Shown here: in pieces, positions 1-11,536 of the stretch
Position numbering within the stretch: the stretch's first letter is position 1
How the letters are laid out: every line of letters starts with the position of its first letter
DNA from: Bacteroidales bacterium
GTDB lineage: Bacteria; Bacteroidota; Bacteroidia; Bacteroidales; JAUNSR01
DNA: 64,000 nt
NCBI GenBank assembly: GCA_030539115.1
Contig: JAUNSR010000012.1
Coordinates: forward strand, 4,309-68,308
Direction of reading: 5' to 3'
Translations under genes and position numbers: made by a program
Notes under the pieces: model-generated
Told to the model about the DNA's origin: nothing
What the model saw: the letters and a program-made list of their open reading frames with translations, nothing else
The model's database searches: none

Positions 1-327
1 GTAAAGGAAGTAAACGAACTTGCTCAAATTTTGAAAGAAGAATATGGTATCGAACCAGCTGCTGCTGCTGTAGCTGTTGCTGCTGCTGCTCCTGGTGCTG
101 CTGCTGCTGAAGAAAAAACATCTTTTGATGTAGTTCTTAAAGCTGCAGGTGCTAACAAACTAGCAGTTGTTAAACTTGTAAAAGAATTAACTGGTCTTGG
201 CTTGAAAGAAGCTAAAGAAATGGTTGACGGTGCACCTAGCGTTGTTAAAGAAGGTGTTGATAAAGCAGAAGCAGAAGCTCTTAAGAAATCACTTGAAGAA
301 GCTGGAGCTGAAGTTGAACTTAAATAA
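1..327 (+). CDS. rplL: 50S ribosomal protein L7/L12 (5' end cut by window edge)
   Basis: The frame is open from base 1. An Ala-rich hinge ([20 protein letters not shown]) is followed by the canonical C-terminal domain [38 protein letters not shown]...EAGAEVELK. It lies directly upstream of rpoB. Confidence 0.95.
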   Translation, partial: VKEVNELAQILKEEYGIEPAAAAVAVAAAAPGAAAAEEKTSFDVVLKAAGANKLAVVKLVKELTGLGLKEAKEMVDGAPSVVKEGVDKAEAEALKKSLEEAGAEVELK

Positions 328-351
328 TATTGCCTGATTTTCAGGTGTTTT

Positions 352-389
352 GGTTAAGAGTCCTCTATAAGAGGATTCTTAACCTTTTT
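352..389 (+). terminator. rplL-rpoB intergenic hairpin plus T-run (attenuator-type intrinsic terminator)
   Basis: GGTTAAGAGTCCTCT-ata-AGAGGATTCTTAACC forms a 15-bp stem with one G-U pair, followed by TTTTT. The position matches the classical rplL-rpoB attenuator. Confidence 0.6.
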
Positions 390-430
390 GCGTATATAAT
401 TCATATTAAGTTCAATTAATCTATTGATAA

Positions 431-3400
431 ATGTCTTCAAATATTGGTAATAAACGGGTAAATTTTGCTTCAATCAAGAATCCCCTTAAATATCCGGATT
501 TCCTTGAAGTACAATTGAAGTCATTTCAAGACTTTCTACAATTAGATACTCCGCCGGAAACAAGAAAAAATGAGGGATTATATAAAGTATTTGCAGAGAA
601 CTTTCCAATTGCAGATACAAGAAACAATTTCGTTCTGGAGTTTCTTGATTATTATATTGATCCACCACGCTATTCTATTGATGAATGTCTTGAAAGAGGA
701 TTAACTTATAGTGTGCCTTTAAAGGCAAAGTTGAAACTTTATTGTACAGATCCAGATCATGAGGATTTTGATACGGTAATTCAAGATGTATATCTTGGAC
801 CTATTCCTTACATGACGGAAAAAGGCACTTTTGTAATAAATGGAGCAGAACGTGTTGTAGTTTCTCAGCTACATCGTTCTCCAGGTGTTTTTTTCGGTCA
901 AAGTGTACACGCTAATGGAACAAAACTCTATTCGGCACGTATAATTCCGTTCAAAGGTTCTTGGATTGAATTCGCTACGGATATCAATAACGTGATGTAT
1001 GCGTATATTGACCGTAAAAAGAAATTACCTGTAACTACACTCTTGCGTGCAATTGGTTTCGAAAGTGATAAAGATATTCTTGAGATTTTCGGATTAGCCG
1101 AAGAGATGAAGGCCACCAAGACTAACTTAAAAAAAGCAGTAGGTCGAAAACTTGCCGCACGTGTATTGAAAATCTGGGTTGAAGATTTCGTTGATGAAGA
1201 TACCGGTGAAGTTGTTTCTATCGAACGTAATGAAGTTATTATCGATCGTGAAACAATCCTTGATGAGTCAAATATCGAGGATATTCTTGAAGCTGGTGTT
1301 GCAACTATCCTTCTTCACAAAGAGGATACAAATCTTTCAGATTACGCAATCATCTATAATACATTACAAAAAGACCCTTCCAATTCAGAAAAAGAAGCGG
1401 TTTTATACATATACAGACAACTTCGTAATGCAGAGCCAGCTGATGATGCCTCTGCTCGTGAAGTTATCAATAATCTATTCTTCTCTGAGAAACGTTATGA
1501 TTTAGGTGAAGTAGGACGTTATCGTATCAATCGTAAGTTGAATTTAACAACTCCGATGGATGTTAAAGTTCTTACTAAAGAGGATATCATTGAAATCATT
1601 AAATATCTTATTGAATTGATTAATTCAAAAGCAGATGTTGATGATATTGACCACCTTTCTAATAGACGTGTTCGTACAGTAGGAGAACAGTTATTCAATC
1701 AATTTGGTGTTGGATTAGCAAGAATGGCTCGTACAATTCGTGAAAGAATGAATGTACGTGACAACGAAGTCTTTACTCCGATAGATTTGATTAATGCTAA
1801 GACAATATCTTCTGTCATTAATTCTTTCTTTGGAACTAATGCTTTGTCTCAGTTTATGGATCAAACAAATCCACTTGCTGAAATAACTCATAAACGTCGT
1901 ATGTCAGCTCTTGGACCTGGTGGTTTATCAAGAGAAAGAGCCGGTTTTGAGGTTCGTGACGTTCACTTTACTCATTACGGTCGTTTATGTCCAATTGAAA
2001 CTCCAGAAGGACCAAACATTGGTTTGATTTCTTCTCTTTGTGTTTATGCAAAAATTAACGACCTTGGGTTTATTGAAACTCCATATCGTAAAGTTGAACA
2101 TGGTAAAGTAGACCTTTCAAAAGAGGGTATAGTTTATTTAACAGCTGAGATTGAAGAGGGACAGATAATTGCACAGGGTAATGCTCCATTGAATGATGAT
2201 GGTACATTTATCCGCACAAGAGTTAAAGCTCGTGAAGAGGGTGATTTCCCGGTTGTAGCTCCTGATGAAGTTAACTTAATGGATGTTTCTCCAACTCAGA
2301 TAGCCTCTATTGCTGCTTCTTTGATTCCATTCCTTGAACATGATGATGCCAACCGTGCATTGATGGGTTCAAATATGATGCGTCAGGCAGTTCCTTTATT
2401 AAGAACAGAAGCTCCTATTGTTGGTACTGGTATTGAAGAACAACTTGTTCACGATTCAAGAACTCAGATTATGGCCGAAGGTGCCGGAGTTATTGAATTT
2501 GTCGATGCTACTGTAATTAGAATTAGATATGACAGAACTGAAGAGGAAGAGTTTACAAACTTTGAAGATTCAGTTAAAGAATATATAATCCCTAAATTCC
2601 GTAAAACTAACCAAAGTACAACTATTGATTTACGTCCAATTTGTCGTAAAGGTCAAAGAGTTGAAGCCGGTGATGTTCTTACAGAAGGTTATTCAACTGC
2701 CGGTGGTGAATTGGCAATTGGTAAAAACCTTAAAGTTGCATATATGCCTTGGAAAGGATACAACTATGAGGATGCCATCGTATTAAACGAACGTGTTGTT
2801 CGTGAAGATATCTTGACATCTGTTCATGTTGATGAATATTCTTTGGAAGTGCGTGAAACAAAACGAGGAATGGAAGAGTTAACTTCTGATATTCCTAATG
2901 TTTCTGAAGATGCAACAAAAGATTTGGACGAAAGGGGTATTGTCAGAGTTGGCGCTTTAATCCAACCTGGAGATATTATGATTGGTAAGATTACTCCAAA
3001 GGGTGAATCTGACCCATCTCCGGAAGAAAAACTTCTTCGTGCAATCTTTGGTGATAAAGCAGGTGATGTAAAAGATGCTTCTTTAAAGGCTACTCCTTCT
3101 TTAAAAGGTGTTGTTATTGGAACAAATCTTTTCTCTCGTGCTGTTAAGAAGAGAAAATCAAAATTAAGTGATAAGGCTATTCTTCCAAAATTGGATGAAG
3201 AGTACGAAGAAAAGTTGGCTAAACTTAAAAACCAATTAATTGATAAACTTCTTGTTCTTACAAAAGATTTGACATCTATGGGTGTTAAAGATTATCTTGG
3301 AGCAGAGATTATTGCTAAAGGGGCTAAGTTTACTCAATATGCTCTTTCTGATATTGATTACAGTGCAATTGAGGTAAGTAAATGGACTGATGATGATCAT

Positions 3401-4243
3401 AAGAATGAAATGATTCATCAGACAATTATGAACTATTTGCGTAAGCATAAAGATATCGATGCTGAGCTTCGTCGTAAGAAATTTGATATTTCCATCGGTG
3501 ATGAACTTCCAGCTGGTATTATTCAGATGGCTAAGGTTTATATCGCTAAAAAACGTAAGATTAGCGTCGGAGATAAAATGGCAGGTCGTCACGGTAATAA
3601 AGGTATTGTATCACGTATTGTTCGTCAAGAAGATATGCCTTTCTTAGCTGATGGAACTCCTGTAGATATCGTTCTTAATCCACTTGGTGTGCCTTCTCGT
3701 ATGAACCTTGGACAGATTTTTGAAGCTGTTCTTGGATGGGCAGGTAAAGAATTGGGCGAAAAATTCGCTACTCCTATTTTTGATGGTGCAAGTCTTGATG
3801 ATCTTAATGAATGGACAGACAAAGCAGGTGTTCCTCGTTATGGTAAAGCTTACCTTTATGATGGCGGTACCGGAGACCGTTTTGACCAACCTGCTACTGT
3901 TGGTGTGACTTATATGTTGAAATTGGGTCACATGGTTGAAGACAAAATGCATGCACGTTCTATCGGACCTTATTCTCTTATTACTCAGCAACCTCTTGGC
4001 GGTAAAGCACAATTTGGTGGTCAGAGATTTGGAGAAATGGAGGTTTGGGCATTGGAAGCCTTTGGAGCAGCTCATATTCTACAAGAAATTCTTACAATTA
4101 AATCTGATGATGTTGTAGGACGTTCTAAAGCTTATGAAGCAATAGTTAAAGGTGAACCTATGCCAACTCCCGGTGTTCCTGAATCATTGAATGTGTTATT
4201 GCACGAACTTAGAGGTTTGGGTCTAAGCATTCATCTTGAATAA
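431..4243 (+). CDS. rpoB: DNA-directed RNA polymerase subunit beta
   Basis: 1270-aa ORF with unmistakable RpoB motifs ([82 protein letters not shown]). Confidence 0.99.
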   Translation: MSSNIGNKRVNFASIKNPLKYPDFLEVQLKSFQDFLQLDTPPETRKNEGLYKVFAENFPIADTRNNFVLEFLDYYIDPPRYSIDECLERGLTYSVPLKAKLKLYCTDPDHEDFDTVIQDVYLGPIPYMTEKGTFVINGAERVVVSQLHRSPGVFFGQSVHANGTKLYSARIIPFKGSWIEFATDINNVMYAYIDRKKKLPVTTLLRAIGFESDKDILEIFGLAEEMKATKTNLKKAVGRKLAARVLKIWVEDFVDEDTGEVVSIERNEVIIDRETILDESNIEDILEAGVATILLHKEDTNLSDYAIIYNTLQKDPSNSEKEAVLYIYRQLRNAEPADDASAREVINNLFFSEKRYDLGEVGRYRINRKLNLTTPMDVKVLTKEDIIEIIKYLIELINSKADVDDIDHLSNRRVRTVGEQLFNQFGVGLARMARTIRERMNVRDNEVFTPIDLINAKTISSVINSFFGTNALSQFMDQTNPLAEITHKRRMSALGPGGLSRERAGFEVRDVHFTHYGRLCPIETPEGPNIGLISSLCVYAKINDLGFIETPYRKVEHGKVDLSKEGIVYLTAEIEEGQIIAQGNAPLNDDGTFIRTRVKAREEGDFPVVAPDEVNLMDVSPTQIASIAASLIPFLEHDDANRALMGSNMMRQAVPLLRTEAPIVGTGIEEQLVHDSRTQIMAEGAGVIEFVDATVIRIRYDRTEEEEFTNFEDSVKEYIIPKFRKTNQSTTIDLRPICRKGQRVEAGDVLTEGYSTAGGELAIGKNLKVAYMPWKGYNYEDAIVLNERVVREDILTSVHVDEYSLEVRETKRGMEELTSDIPNVSEDATKDLDERGIVRVGALIQPGDIMIGKITPKGESDPSPEEKLLRAIFGDKAGDVKDASLKATPSLKGVVIGTNLFSRAVKKRKSKLSDKAILPKLDEEYEEKLAKLKNQLIDKLLVLTKDLTSMGVKDYLGAEIIAKGAKFTQYALSDIDYSAIEVSKWTDDDHKNEMIHQTIMNYLRKHKDIDAELRRKKFDISIGDELPAGIIQMAKVYIAKKRKISVGDKMAGRHGNKGIVSRIVRQEDMPFLADGTPVDIVLNPLGVPSRMNLGQIFEAVLGWAGKELGEKFATPIFDGASLDDLNEWTDKAGVPRYGKAYLYDGGTGDRFDQPATVGVTYMLKLGHMVEDKMHARSIGPYSLITQQPLGGKAQFGGQRFGEMEVWALEAFGAAHILQEILTIKSDDVVGRSKAYEAIVKGEPMPTPGVPESLNVLLHELRGLGLSIHLE

Positions 4244-4257
4244 TAAAAATTATAATT

Positions 4258-4290
4258 CGGAAAGCTTTCCATTGTTATGGAAAGCTTCCG
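4258..4290 (+). promoter_or_regulatory. rpoB-rpoC intergenic hairpin (no T-run)
   Basis: CGGAAAGCTTTCCAT-tgtt-ATGGAAAGCTTCCG forms a roughly 14-bp stem with one bulged A. It sits 15 nt after the rpoB stop and is not followed by a U-tract. It may be a processing or stability element. Confidence 0.4.
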
Positions 4291-4327
4291 ATATCTAAAT
4301 TTAGATAACTCTTTATAACTTAAAAAC

Positions 4328-7300
4328 ATGGCTTTTAGAAAAGATAACAAAATAAAGAGTAACTTTTCGAAGATCTCAATTGGCTTGGCATCTCCGGAAG
4401 AGATTCTGGAAAACTCAAGCGGTGAGGTTTTAAAACCGGAAACTATTAATTATCGTACTTATAAACCAGAGAGAGATGGTTTATTCTGTGAAAGAATTTT
4501 CGGTCCTGTAAAGGATTACGAATGTCATTGCGGTAAATACAAAAGAATCCGTTATAAAGGAATTGTTTGTGACCGTTGTGGTGTTGAAGTAACAGAAAAG
4601 AAAGTACGTCGTGAAAGAATGGGTCACATCCAATTGGTTGTTCCCGTTGCTCATATTTGGTATTTCCGTTCTTTGCCAAATAAAATTGGTTATTTATTAG
4701 GCTTGCCAACTAAAAAGCTTGATGCAATCATTTATTATGAAAGATATGTTGTAATACAACCCGGTGTTAAAGGTCAGGATGGTGTTCAGCAATATGATCT
4801 TCTTTCAGAGGAAGAATATCTTGATATAGTAGATGCTTTAGGAAGAGAAAATGAACTTCTTGATGATAATGATCCTAACAAATTTATTGCAAAAATGGGT
4901 GCTGAAGCTATTCAGGATCTTCTTGCACGTCTTGATTTGGATTCATTGTCATATGAATTGCGTCATAGAGCAAATACAGATGGTTCTCAGCAACGTAAAA
5001 ATGAAGCTCTTAAACGTCTTCAAGTTGTTGAATCATTCCGTGCTTCTAAATTAAGAAACCGTCCTGAATGGATGATTCTTAAGATAATTCCAGTGATTCC
5101 GCCGGAACTTAGACCATTGGTTCCTCTTGATGGTGGCCGTTTTGCTACCTCTGACTTGAATGATTTGTATCGTCGTGTTATCATTAGAAACAATCGTCTG
5201 AAACGATTAATGGAGATTAAAGCTCCTGAAGTAATCCTACGTAATGAAAAACGTATGTTACAGGAAGCTGTTGACTCTCTTCTTGACAACTCACGTAAAT
5301 CAAGTGCGGTAAAAACCGATGCCAACCGTCCTTTGAAGTCTCTTTCTGACTCATTGAAAGGTAAACAAGGTCGTTTCCGTCAGAACCTATTGGGTAAACG
5401 TGTTGACTATTCAGCTCGTTCTGTTATCGTTGTAGGTCCGGAACTTAAGATGCACGAATGTGGTATTCCAAAATATATGGCTGCTGAGCTATATAAACCA
5501 TTTGTTATCCGCAAGCTTATAGAACGTGGTATCGTTAAGACTGTTAAGTCTGCTAAGAAAATAGTAGACAAAAAAGAGCCTGTTGTTTGGGATATCTTGG
5601 AACATGTAATGAAAGGACATCCTGTTCTTCTCAACCGTGCTCCGACTCTTCACCGTTTGGGTATTCAGGCTTTCCAGCCAAAGATGATAGAAGGAAAGGC
5701 TATCCAACTGCATCCACTTGCTTGTACTGCTTTCAATGCCGACTTTGACGGTGACCAGATGGCAGTTCACTTGCCATTAGGAAATGAAGCTATTCTTGAG
5801 GCTCAGATGTTGATGCTTGGTGCTCACAACATTCTTAACCCTGCAAATGGAGCTCCGATTACCGTTCCTTCTCAGGACATGGTATTAGGTCTATATTATA
5901 TTACAAAACTTCGTACCGGAGATAAAGGAGAGGGCTTAACTTTCTATGCTCCTGAAGAAGCGTTTATTGCTTATAACGAAGGAAAAGTTACTCTTCATGC
6001 TAAGATTCGTGTTATCACTGACGACTTGGACGAAAACCGTAACGTTGTTAAGAAAATGATTGACACATCTGTTGGTCGTATCATGGTTAATGAATTTGTA
6101 CCTAAAGAGGTTGGATTCCTTAACGAAGTCTTAACAAAGAAATCTCTTCGTGATATAATTGGTGACGTTATCAAAGTTTGCGGTGTTACACGTACAGCTG
6201 TTTTCCTTGATGATATCAAACACTTAGGTTATACAATGGCCTTTAAAGGCGGATTGTCTTTCAACCTTGAAGATGTAATCATTCCGGAGGAAAAAGATGA
6301 ATTGGTAAAGAAAGGTTATGAAGAAGTTGAACAGATTTTGAATAACTATAACATGGGATTCATTACAAACAACGAGCGTTATAACCAGATTATCGATACT
6401 TGGACTCACGTCAACTCAAACTTGTCTGACAAGTTGATGAAACGTCTTGAAAGTGAAAACCAAGGTTTCAACTCTGTATATATGATGATGCACTCCGGAG
6501 CCCGTGGTTCCAAGGAGCAGATTCGTCAGCTTTCAGGTATGCGTGGTTTGATGGCAAAACCTCAAAAAGCTGGTGCTGAAGGCGGTCAGATTATTGAAAA
6601 TCCTATCCTTTCAAACTTTAAAGAGGGGTTGTCTGTGTTGGAGTACTTTATTTCAACTCACGGTGCTCGTAAGGGTCTTGCCGATACAGCCTTGAAAACA
6701 GCCGATGCCGGATATCTTACTCGTCGTTTGGTTGACGTTGCTAATGACGTTATCATTCATGAGGAGGATTGCGGTACACTTCGTGGTCTTGTTTGTACTG
6801 AACTTAAGAATAACGAAGAGGTTGTCGCTTCTTTATATGAAAGAATTTTAGGACGTGTCTCTGTTCATGACATTATTCATCCATTGACAGGAGAATTACT
6901 TGTTCCTGCTGGCGAAGAGATTACAGAGCCAATAGCAAAAGCTATTCAAGATTCACCTATCGAGTCTGTTGAAATCAGATCCGTTTTGACATGTGAGTCT
7001 AAGAAAGGTGTTTGTGCTAAATGTTATGGACGTAATCTTGCTACCGGTCGTATGGTTCAAAAAGGCGAGGCTTGCGGTGTTATCGCAGCCCAGTCTATCG
7101 GTGAACCGGGTACTCAGTTGACTCTTCGTACTTTTCACGTCGGTGGTATCGCTTCAAATATTGCAGCGGTTTCAAGCGTAACATCTAAATATGACGGTGT
7201 TTTGGAAATTGATGAGCTTCGTACTATTGATGCTGTTGACGAAACAGGCAATCCTATTCAGGTTGTTGTCGGTCGTTTGGCTGAAATGCGTATTGTCGAT

Positions 7301-8599
7301 CCAAATACTAAGATTGTTTTAACTAACGCTAATATACCTTACGGTTCGAAATTATATTGCAAACCGGATACAGAGATTAAAAAAGGTACTGTTATTTGTG
7401 AATGGGACCCATTTAATGCTCTGATTGTTACTGAGGTTGGCGGTAAAATAGATTTCGAAAACGTTATCGAAGGTGTTACTTACATCGTTGAATCTGATGA
7501 AACAACAGGCCTTCAGGAAAAAATCGTTATCGAGCCTAAGGATAGAACCAAAGTTCCTTCTGTTCATATCATCGACGAAAGCGGAAATGTCCTTAAGACA
7601 TACGCTTTACCGGTAGGCGCTCACATCGTTCTTAACCAGAATGATATTATCAAAGCCGGTGATTCTATCGTTAAGATTCCTCGTGCCGTAGGTAAAGCAG
7701 GTGATATCACCGGTGGTCTTCCTCGTGTTACCGAGTTATTCGAAGCCCGTAATCCTTCAAACCCTGCTGTTGTAGCGGAAATTGATGGTGAGATTGCTTT
7801 CGGTAAGATCAAACGTGGTAACCGCGAAATATCGCTTACTTCAAAAACAGGTGAGGTTAAGAAATATCTTGTTCCGCTTTCTAAACAAATCCTTGTTCAG
7901 GAAAACGACTACGTAAGAGCCGGTACTCCTCTTTCCGACGGAGCTATCACTCCTTCCGATATTCTTGCCATTAAAGGCCCTACAGCTGTTCAGGAATATA
8001 TCGTTAATGAGGTTCAGGACGTTTACCGTCTTCAGGGTGTGAAGATCAATGACAAGCATTTCGAAGTTATTGTTCGCCAGATGATGCGTAAAGTTCAAAT
8101 CGTCGATCCGGGTGACACTCGATTCCTTGAACAACAGATTGTTGACAAACATGACTTCATGGATGAAAATGATCGTATCTGGGGTAAAAAAGTTGTTGTT
8201 GAAGCCGGAGATTCTCAGAATCTTAAACCGGGTCAGATTGTGACTCCACGTAAGCTTCGTGATGAGAACTCTATGTTGAAACGCCGCGACCAGAAATTGG
8301 TTGAAGTTCGTGATGCAATTCCTGCAACTTCCAATCAGATTCTTCAAGGTATCACAAGAGCCGCTCTTCAAACTACAAGCTTTATGTCGGCCGCTTCTTT
8401 CCAGGAAACAACCAAAGTATTGAACGAAGCTGCTATCAATGGTAAAGTTGACCGCCTTGAAGGTTTGAAAGAGAACGTTATCTGTGGTCACTTGATTCCT
8501 GCCGGTACAGGTCAGCGCGAGTTTGACCGCTTAATCGTTGGTGCTAAAGATGATTTCGACCGCGTTTTTTCCAACAAGAAAAACATTGTTGAATATTAA
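4328..8599 (+). CDS. rpoC: DNA-directed RNA polymerase subunit beta'
   Basis: 1423-aa ORF with the zinc-binding [23 protein letters not shown], the catalytic [12 protein letters not shown], and the trigger-loop/bridge-helix region. Confidence 0.99.
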   Translation: MAFRKDNKIKSNFSKISIGLASPEEILENSSGEVLKPETINYRTYKPERDGLFCERIFGPVKDYECHCGKYKRIRYKGIVCDRCGVEVTEKKVRRERMGHIQLVVPVAHIWYFRSLPNKIGYLLGLPTKKLDAIIYYERYVVIQPGVKGQDGVQQYDLLSEEEYLDIVDALGRENELLDDNDPNKFIAKMGAEAIQDLLARLDLDSLSYELRHRANTDGSQQRKNEALKRLQVVESFRASKLRNRPEWMILKIIPVIPPELRPLVPLDGGRFATSDLNDLYRRVIIRNNRLKRLMEIKAPEVILRNEKRMLQEAVDSLLDNSRKSSAVKTDANRPLKSLSDSLKGKQGRFRQNLLGKRVDYSARSVIVVGPELKMHECGIPKYMAAELYKPFVIRKLIERGIVKTVKSAKKIVDKKEPVVWDILEHVMKGHPVLLNRAPTLHRLGIQAFQPKMIEGKAIQLHPLACTAFNADFDGDQMAVHLPLGNEAILEAQMLMLGAHNILNPANGAPITVPSQDMVLGLYYITKLRTGDKGEGLTFYAPEEAFIAYNEGKVTLHAKIRVITDDLDENRNVVKKMIDTSVGRIMVNEFVPKEVGFLNEVLTKKSLRDIIGDVIKVCGVTRTAVFLDDIKHLGYTMAFKGGLSFNLEDVIIPEEKDELVKKGYEEVEQILNNYNMGFITNNERYNQIIDTWTHVNSNLSDKLMKRLESENQGFNSVYMMMHSGARGSKEQIRQLSGMRGLMAKPQKAGAEGGQIIENPILSNFKEGLSVLEYFISTHGARKGLADTALKTADAGYLTRRLVDVANDVIIHEEDCGTLRGLVCTELKNNEEVVASLYERILGRVSVHDIIHPLTGELLVPAGEEITEPIAKAIQDSPIESVEIRSVLTCESKKGVCAKCYGRNLATGRMVQKGEACGVIAAQSIGEPGTQLTLRTFHVGGIASNIAAVSSVTSKYDGVLEIDELRTIDAVDETGNPIQVVVGRLAEMRIVDPNTKIVLTNANIPYGSKLYCKPDTEIKKGTVICEWDPFNALIVTEVGGKIDFENVIEGVTYIVESDETTGLQEKIVIEPKDRTKVPSVHIIDESGNVLKTYALPVGAHIVLNQNDIIKAGDSIVKIPRAVGKAGDITGGLPRVTELFEARNPSNPAVVAEIDGEIAFGKIKRGNREISLTSKTGEVKKYLVPLSKQILVQENDYVRAGTPLSDGAITPSDILAIKGPTAVQEYIVNEVQDVYRLQGVKINDKHFEVIVRQMMRKVQIVDPGDTRFLEQQIVDKHDFMDENDRIWGKKVVVEAGDSQNLKPGQIVTPRKLRDENSMLKRRDQKLVEVRDAIPATSNQILQGITRAALQTTSFMSAASFQETTKVLNEAAINGKVDRLEGLKENVICGHLIPAGTGQREFDRLIVGAKDDFDRVFSNKKNIVEY

Positions 8600-8618
8600 T
8601 CTATAAGTTATATATTAA

Positions 8619-8656
8619 AAGAGGCTGTCTAATTGTTAGACAGCCTCTTTTGTTTT
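8619..8656 (+). terminator. Intrinsic terminator after rpoC
   Basis: AAGAGGCTGTCTAA-ttg-TTAGACAGCCTCTT is a perfect 14-bp stem followed by TTGTTTT. Confidence 0.85.
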
Positions 8657-8779
8657 AATGAAAAAATTTGCTCTCATTTTAATAATTAGGAATCAAAATA
8701 TATCTTATATGTTTTTAAGATAAAATCTTATTTGAGATAAAACATATTTATCATTTCACATCATAGAAACAATAATTTT

Positions 8780-9490
8780 TTATTCCAGCTTTTTAATCCT
8801 TATATAACGTATTCTTATTGTAGATTCATGCCCCAGGAATGCTATATGTCCGCAAGGTGTCATTAGCCCTTTTTGAATCTTTTCAGCGGGAATATCCTTT
8901 GTTGCATCATCAAGATTAGTGTCAAGAATGACATGGTTGTTGAGTATCACCTTTATGTTTTTGCCGTCGGCAATCACCTCCTGAGAGTTCCACTGACCAA
9001 CAGGCTTTAGAAACCCACGTTCTGCGGCAACATAATTATAAAGACCGCCATGATATTGATAAGGTTTTAAATCCTTATATTGAGGGTCATCATTGTCAAT
9101 AATTTGAAGCTCCATGCCTAAATAACCTTTATTAGCAGGCATCACCTCATGTCTTAATCCCAAACCATTGTTGGCACCCGGAGTAAGCTGAAACTCGAAC
9201 CTAAGTATAAAATTGCAATATTCCTCCTTCGAATACAGATTGCCATATCCCTTGGGCTTTTTTACAATACACCCGTCTTCAACATAATACTCATCACTGT
9301 TGTTAATGAAATTCTCAAGAGACTTGCCATTAAAAAGGTTTATATACCCATCTTTCTTTTCGGATTTTGAAAGTTTGTAAGGCACTTTTGTCTTGCCATT
9401 GTCTGCTGAATAAATATGCGGGTTAACACATGACAAAAGGATAAATAATGCAAATATGATTTTTGACAAAATATTATTAAACATGGTCAT
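8780..9490 (-). CDS. DUF1080 (3-keto-disaccharide hydrolase-like) secreted protein
   Basis: There is an N-terminal signal peptide. The DUF1080-type pattern is present: INLFNGKSLENF, NFILRFEFQLTPGANNGLGLR, ELQIIDN, WNSQEVIADGKNIKVILNNHVI, GHIAFLGH. The start lies 1 nt after the stop of the upstream oxidoreductase gene, which suggests an operon. Confidence 0.75.
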   Translation of the reverse strand: MTMFNNILSKIIFALFILLSCVNPHIYSADNGKTKVPYKLSKSEKKDGYINLFNGKSLENFINNSDEYYVEDGCIVKKPKGYGNLYSKEEYCNFILRFEFQLTPGANNGLGLRHEVMPANKGYLGMELQIIDNDDPQYKDLKPYQYHGGLYNYVAAERGFLKPVGQWNSQEVIADGKNIKVILNNHVILDTNLDDATKDIPAEKIQKGLMTPCGHIAFLGHESTIRIRYIRIKKLE

Positions 9491-9491
9491 A

Positions 9492-10832
9492 CTATTTTTT
9501 TATTTTCTTCAAATTAACCGGATCCCAATATATGGCTTCACCATTCTCATAACTCTCATAACTTAACAGAGCAGGAGCTGCAGACCTCAGAGCAAACATC
9601 ACATCACACTCAATTGGCTTGTTCTCCCTGATTCCGGTTATAAGATTGTTGAAATGATTATAATGGCCACCCTTGTAATCTCCCGTAACCTTAAAAGAAA
9701 TTTCATTGTCGGATATTATTACAGGCTCATCTATGCCAAGCCCCAATTTCGTCAAATCCTTTATTATTTCAGGATTAAATTTATTCTTCAATTTCAGATT
9801 AACCTCATTCCATCCTACATTCATAGCTCCTTCAGAACCTACAATCCTAAAATCCATGCTGCCCCATTTTTTAGAGACACCATCAACATAGTTTGCCCCA
9901 AGTTGAAGAGTAAATGCACCTATATTATCCTTGTCGGGATAGTCAAAATATCCAAGCATCACATCCGGAGTATCTCTAAAGCCGTCATTGTAATATCGTA
10001 TTCCTCCCGTTGTATAAACCTTTTCAGGTCCCATAGCCCCGGTAATAAAATGTAAACTCGCAATCACATGCACAAACAAATCACCTGCTATCCCGGTGCC
10101 GTAGTCTTTCCAATTTCTCCAATAAAACAGTCTTTGAGCATTAAATTTTTGTTTGGGAGCCTTTCCGATAAATTTTATCCAATCGATATTATCTTCATTT
10201 GCATTTGCGGGAAGAGGATAGCTGCCTAACACGCCCGGTGAAGCGGTAAACTGGCCGTCTACAAAATTAATTTTACCTAATATGCCGCTTTTTACAAGCT
10301 GAGCGGCCTTTCTGTTGCCCAATGAAGCCATCCCCTGGGAGCCTGCCTGAAAATACTTGTTGGTTTTTTTCTGAGCCTTTATCAACCCGTCAGCCTCTTT
10401 TATGTCATGTATCACCGGTTTTTCGCAGTAAACATTTTTACCCGCTTCCATTGCCGCAATAGAAATTTCCTGATGCAGATGGTCGGGAGTGGCAATTATC
10501 ACCAAATCGATATCCTCTCTACCAAGCAGCTCCTTGTAATTCTCAGTAACAAAAATATTCTCACCCCAAGCCTTTTTTGCATCATCAAGCCTTGACTTGT
10601 AGATGTCACAAACTGCAACCAACTTAGTGTTTGGAACACTAAGTGCAACATTGGTGTCACCTGTTCCCTGAGAACCCTTCCCAATAAGAGCAATTCGCAT
10701 AGGTTTCTCTTCAAAAGAACTGTTAGTGGCAAATCCTCTGCCTAAATCATTTGCCGAAAGCTGTTCAGCTGCTGCCGGCAGTAGGATACCGGCAGCTATA
10801 AGCTGCTTAATAAAATCTCTTCTGTTTGTCAT
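9492..10832 (-). CDS. Gfo/Idh/MocA family oxidoreductase with twin-arginine (TAT) signal
   Basis: The N-terminus MTNRRDFIKQLIAAGILLPAAA is a TAT motif. A Rossmann segment (MRIALIGKGSQGTGD ... DLVIIATPDHLH ... KNVYCEKP) is typical of the Gfo/Idh/MocA family. Confidence 0.85.
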   Translation of the reverse strand: MTNRRDFIKQLIAAGILLPAAAEQLSANDLGRGFATNSSFEEKPMRIALIGKGSQGTGDTNVALSVPNTKLVAVCDIYKSRLDDAKKAWGENIFVTENYKELLGREDIDLVIIATPDHLHQEISIAAMEAGKNVYCEKPVIHDIKEADGLIKAQKKTNKYFQAGSQGMASLGNRKAAQLVKSGILGKINFVDGQFTASPGVLGSYPLPANANEDNIDWIKFIGKAPKQKFNAQRLFYWRNWKDYGTGIAGDLFVHVIASLHFITGAMGPEKVYTTGGIRYYNDGFRDTPDVMLGYFDYPDKDNIGAFTLQLGANYVDGVSKKWGSMDFRIVGSEGAMNVGWNEVNLKLKNKFNPEIIKDLTKLGLGIDEPVIISDNEISFKVTGDYKGGHYNHFNNLITGIRENKPIECDVMFALRSAAPALLSYESYENGEAIYWDPVNLKKIKK

Positions 10833-11406
10833 GGTAATAATTAATTAGAGTAAAGTTTCAATCTGTTTTATTGTTGAAAAATCTTTTGGTATATGTGTTT
10901 TAAGATATTGATTCAATATGTTATAAATGTACTAAATAGCTATCATATAATTGTTTAAGTCCACATTAAATATTTCTATTAATACTATTTATTTGACTTA
11001 AACTAAAAAAATATGTACATAGAAAAAGTTTTTTTAATTTATGAAAAAGTATATATACTACAGATTGTATCTGAAAATATTATAGTAAAAAGTATAAAAT
11101 ATTATAGTGAAACGCTCAAAATACTAAAGTGTTTAAAATTTTTGATTGGTGAAAATCAAAAAAAAAGACGAATAAAATAAATAAAATGCGAATGTATATA
11201 ATAGTTGATTATATGAAACCTGAATGACTGATGAAGACTATCGTCAAAAAATTAAAACTGTGGTTAAGAAGTTAATGAAGAGGAATTTTTTGAGAATTGC
11301 ATCCAAACTGTGCATTTTCAGCGTGAGTAACCTCATAATATTAAGAATATTTTGAATATGAATGAATAAAGATGGTATAGACAAAATAGTATGATATGTA
11401 ATTATA

Positions 11407-11414
11407 TATCTTTG
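11407..11414 (+). promoter_or_regulatory. Bacteroidetes-type -7 box TATCTTTG (candidate promoter of the 11537-14103 operon)
   Basis: Perfect match to TAnnTTTG about 120 nt upstream of the ATG at 11537. There is no clear -33 TTTG at the canonical spacing. Confidence 0.4.
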
Positions 11415-11536
11415 CAAAGTTTATATAGTTGTTACTTATAATTATAAGATTAAACTTTGAACATATTCCAAATATATGAAAAAGGAAAATGTCCTAAATA
11501 ATGCGAATATGTTACAATGTTTTATTTTTTATTAAA

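Noticed and set aside
58-111. GCT-rich trinucleotide run in rplL, considered as a slippage-prone microsatellite
   Set aside because: It encodes the normal Ala-rich flexible hinge of L7/L12 and is interrupted by GTA/GTT/CCT/GGT codons. This is an ordinary feature.
7841-8491. 216-aa ORF antisense to rpoC, along with the similar antisense ORFs 3644-4075 and 3236-3592 in rpoB, 36138-36527 in hflX, 44090-44482 in GH20, 53245-53637 in rhaA and 59160-59549 in lpxH
   Set aside because: Each lies entirely inside a strongly supported conserved gene on the opposite strand. The translations are low-complexity and rich in Ile/Phe/Asn/Lys with no motifs. This is typical of frames left open by the codon bias of the sense gene.
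10833-11500. Invertible (phase-variable) promoter upstream of the unknown surface-protein operon
   Set aside because: I found no pair of inverted repeats of 15 bp or more bracketing the TATCTTTG promoter box, and no site-specific recombinase gene in the window.
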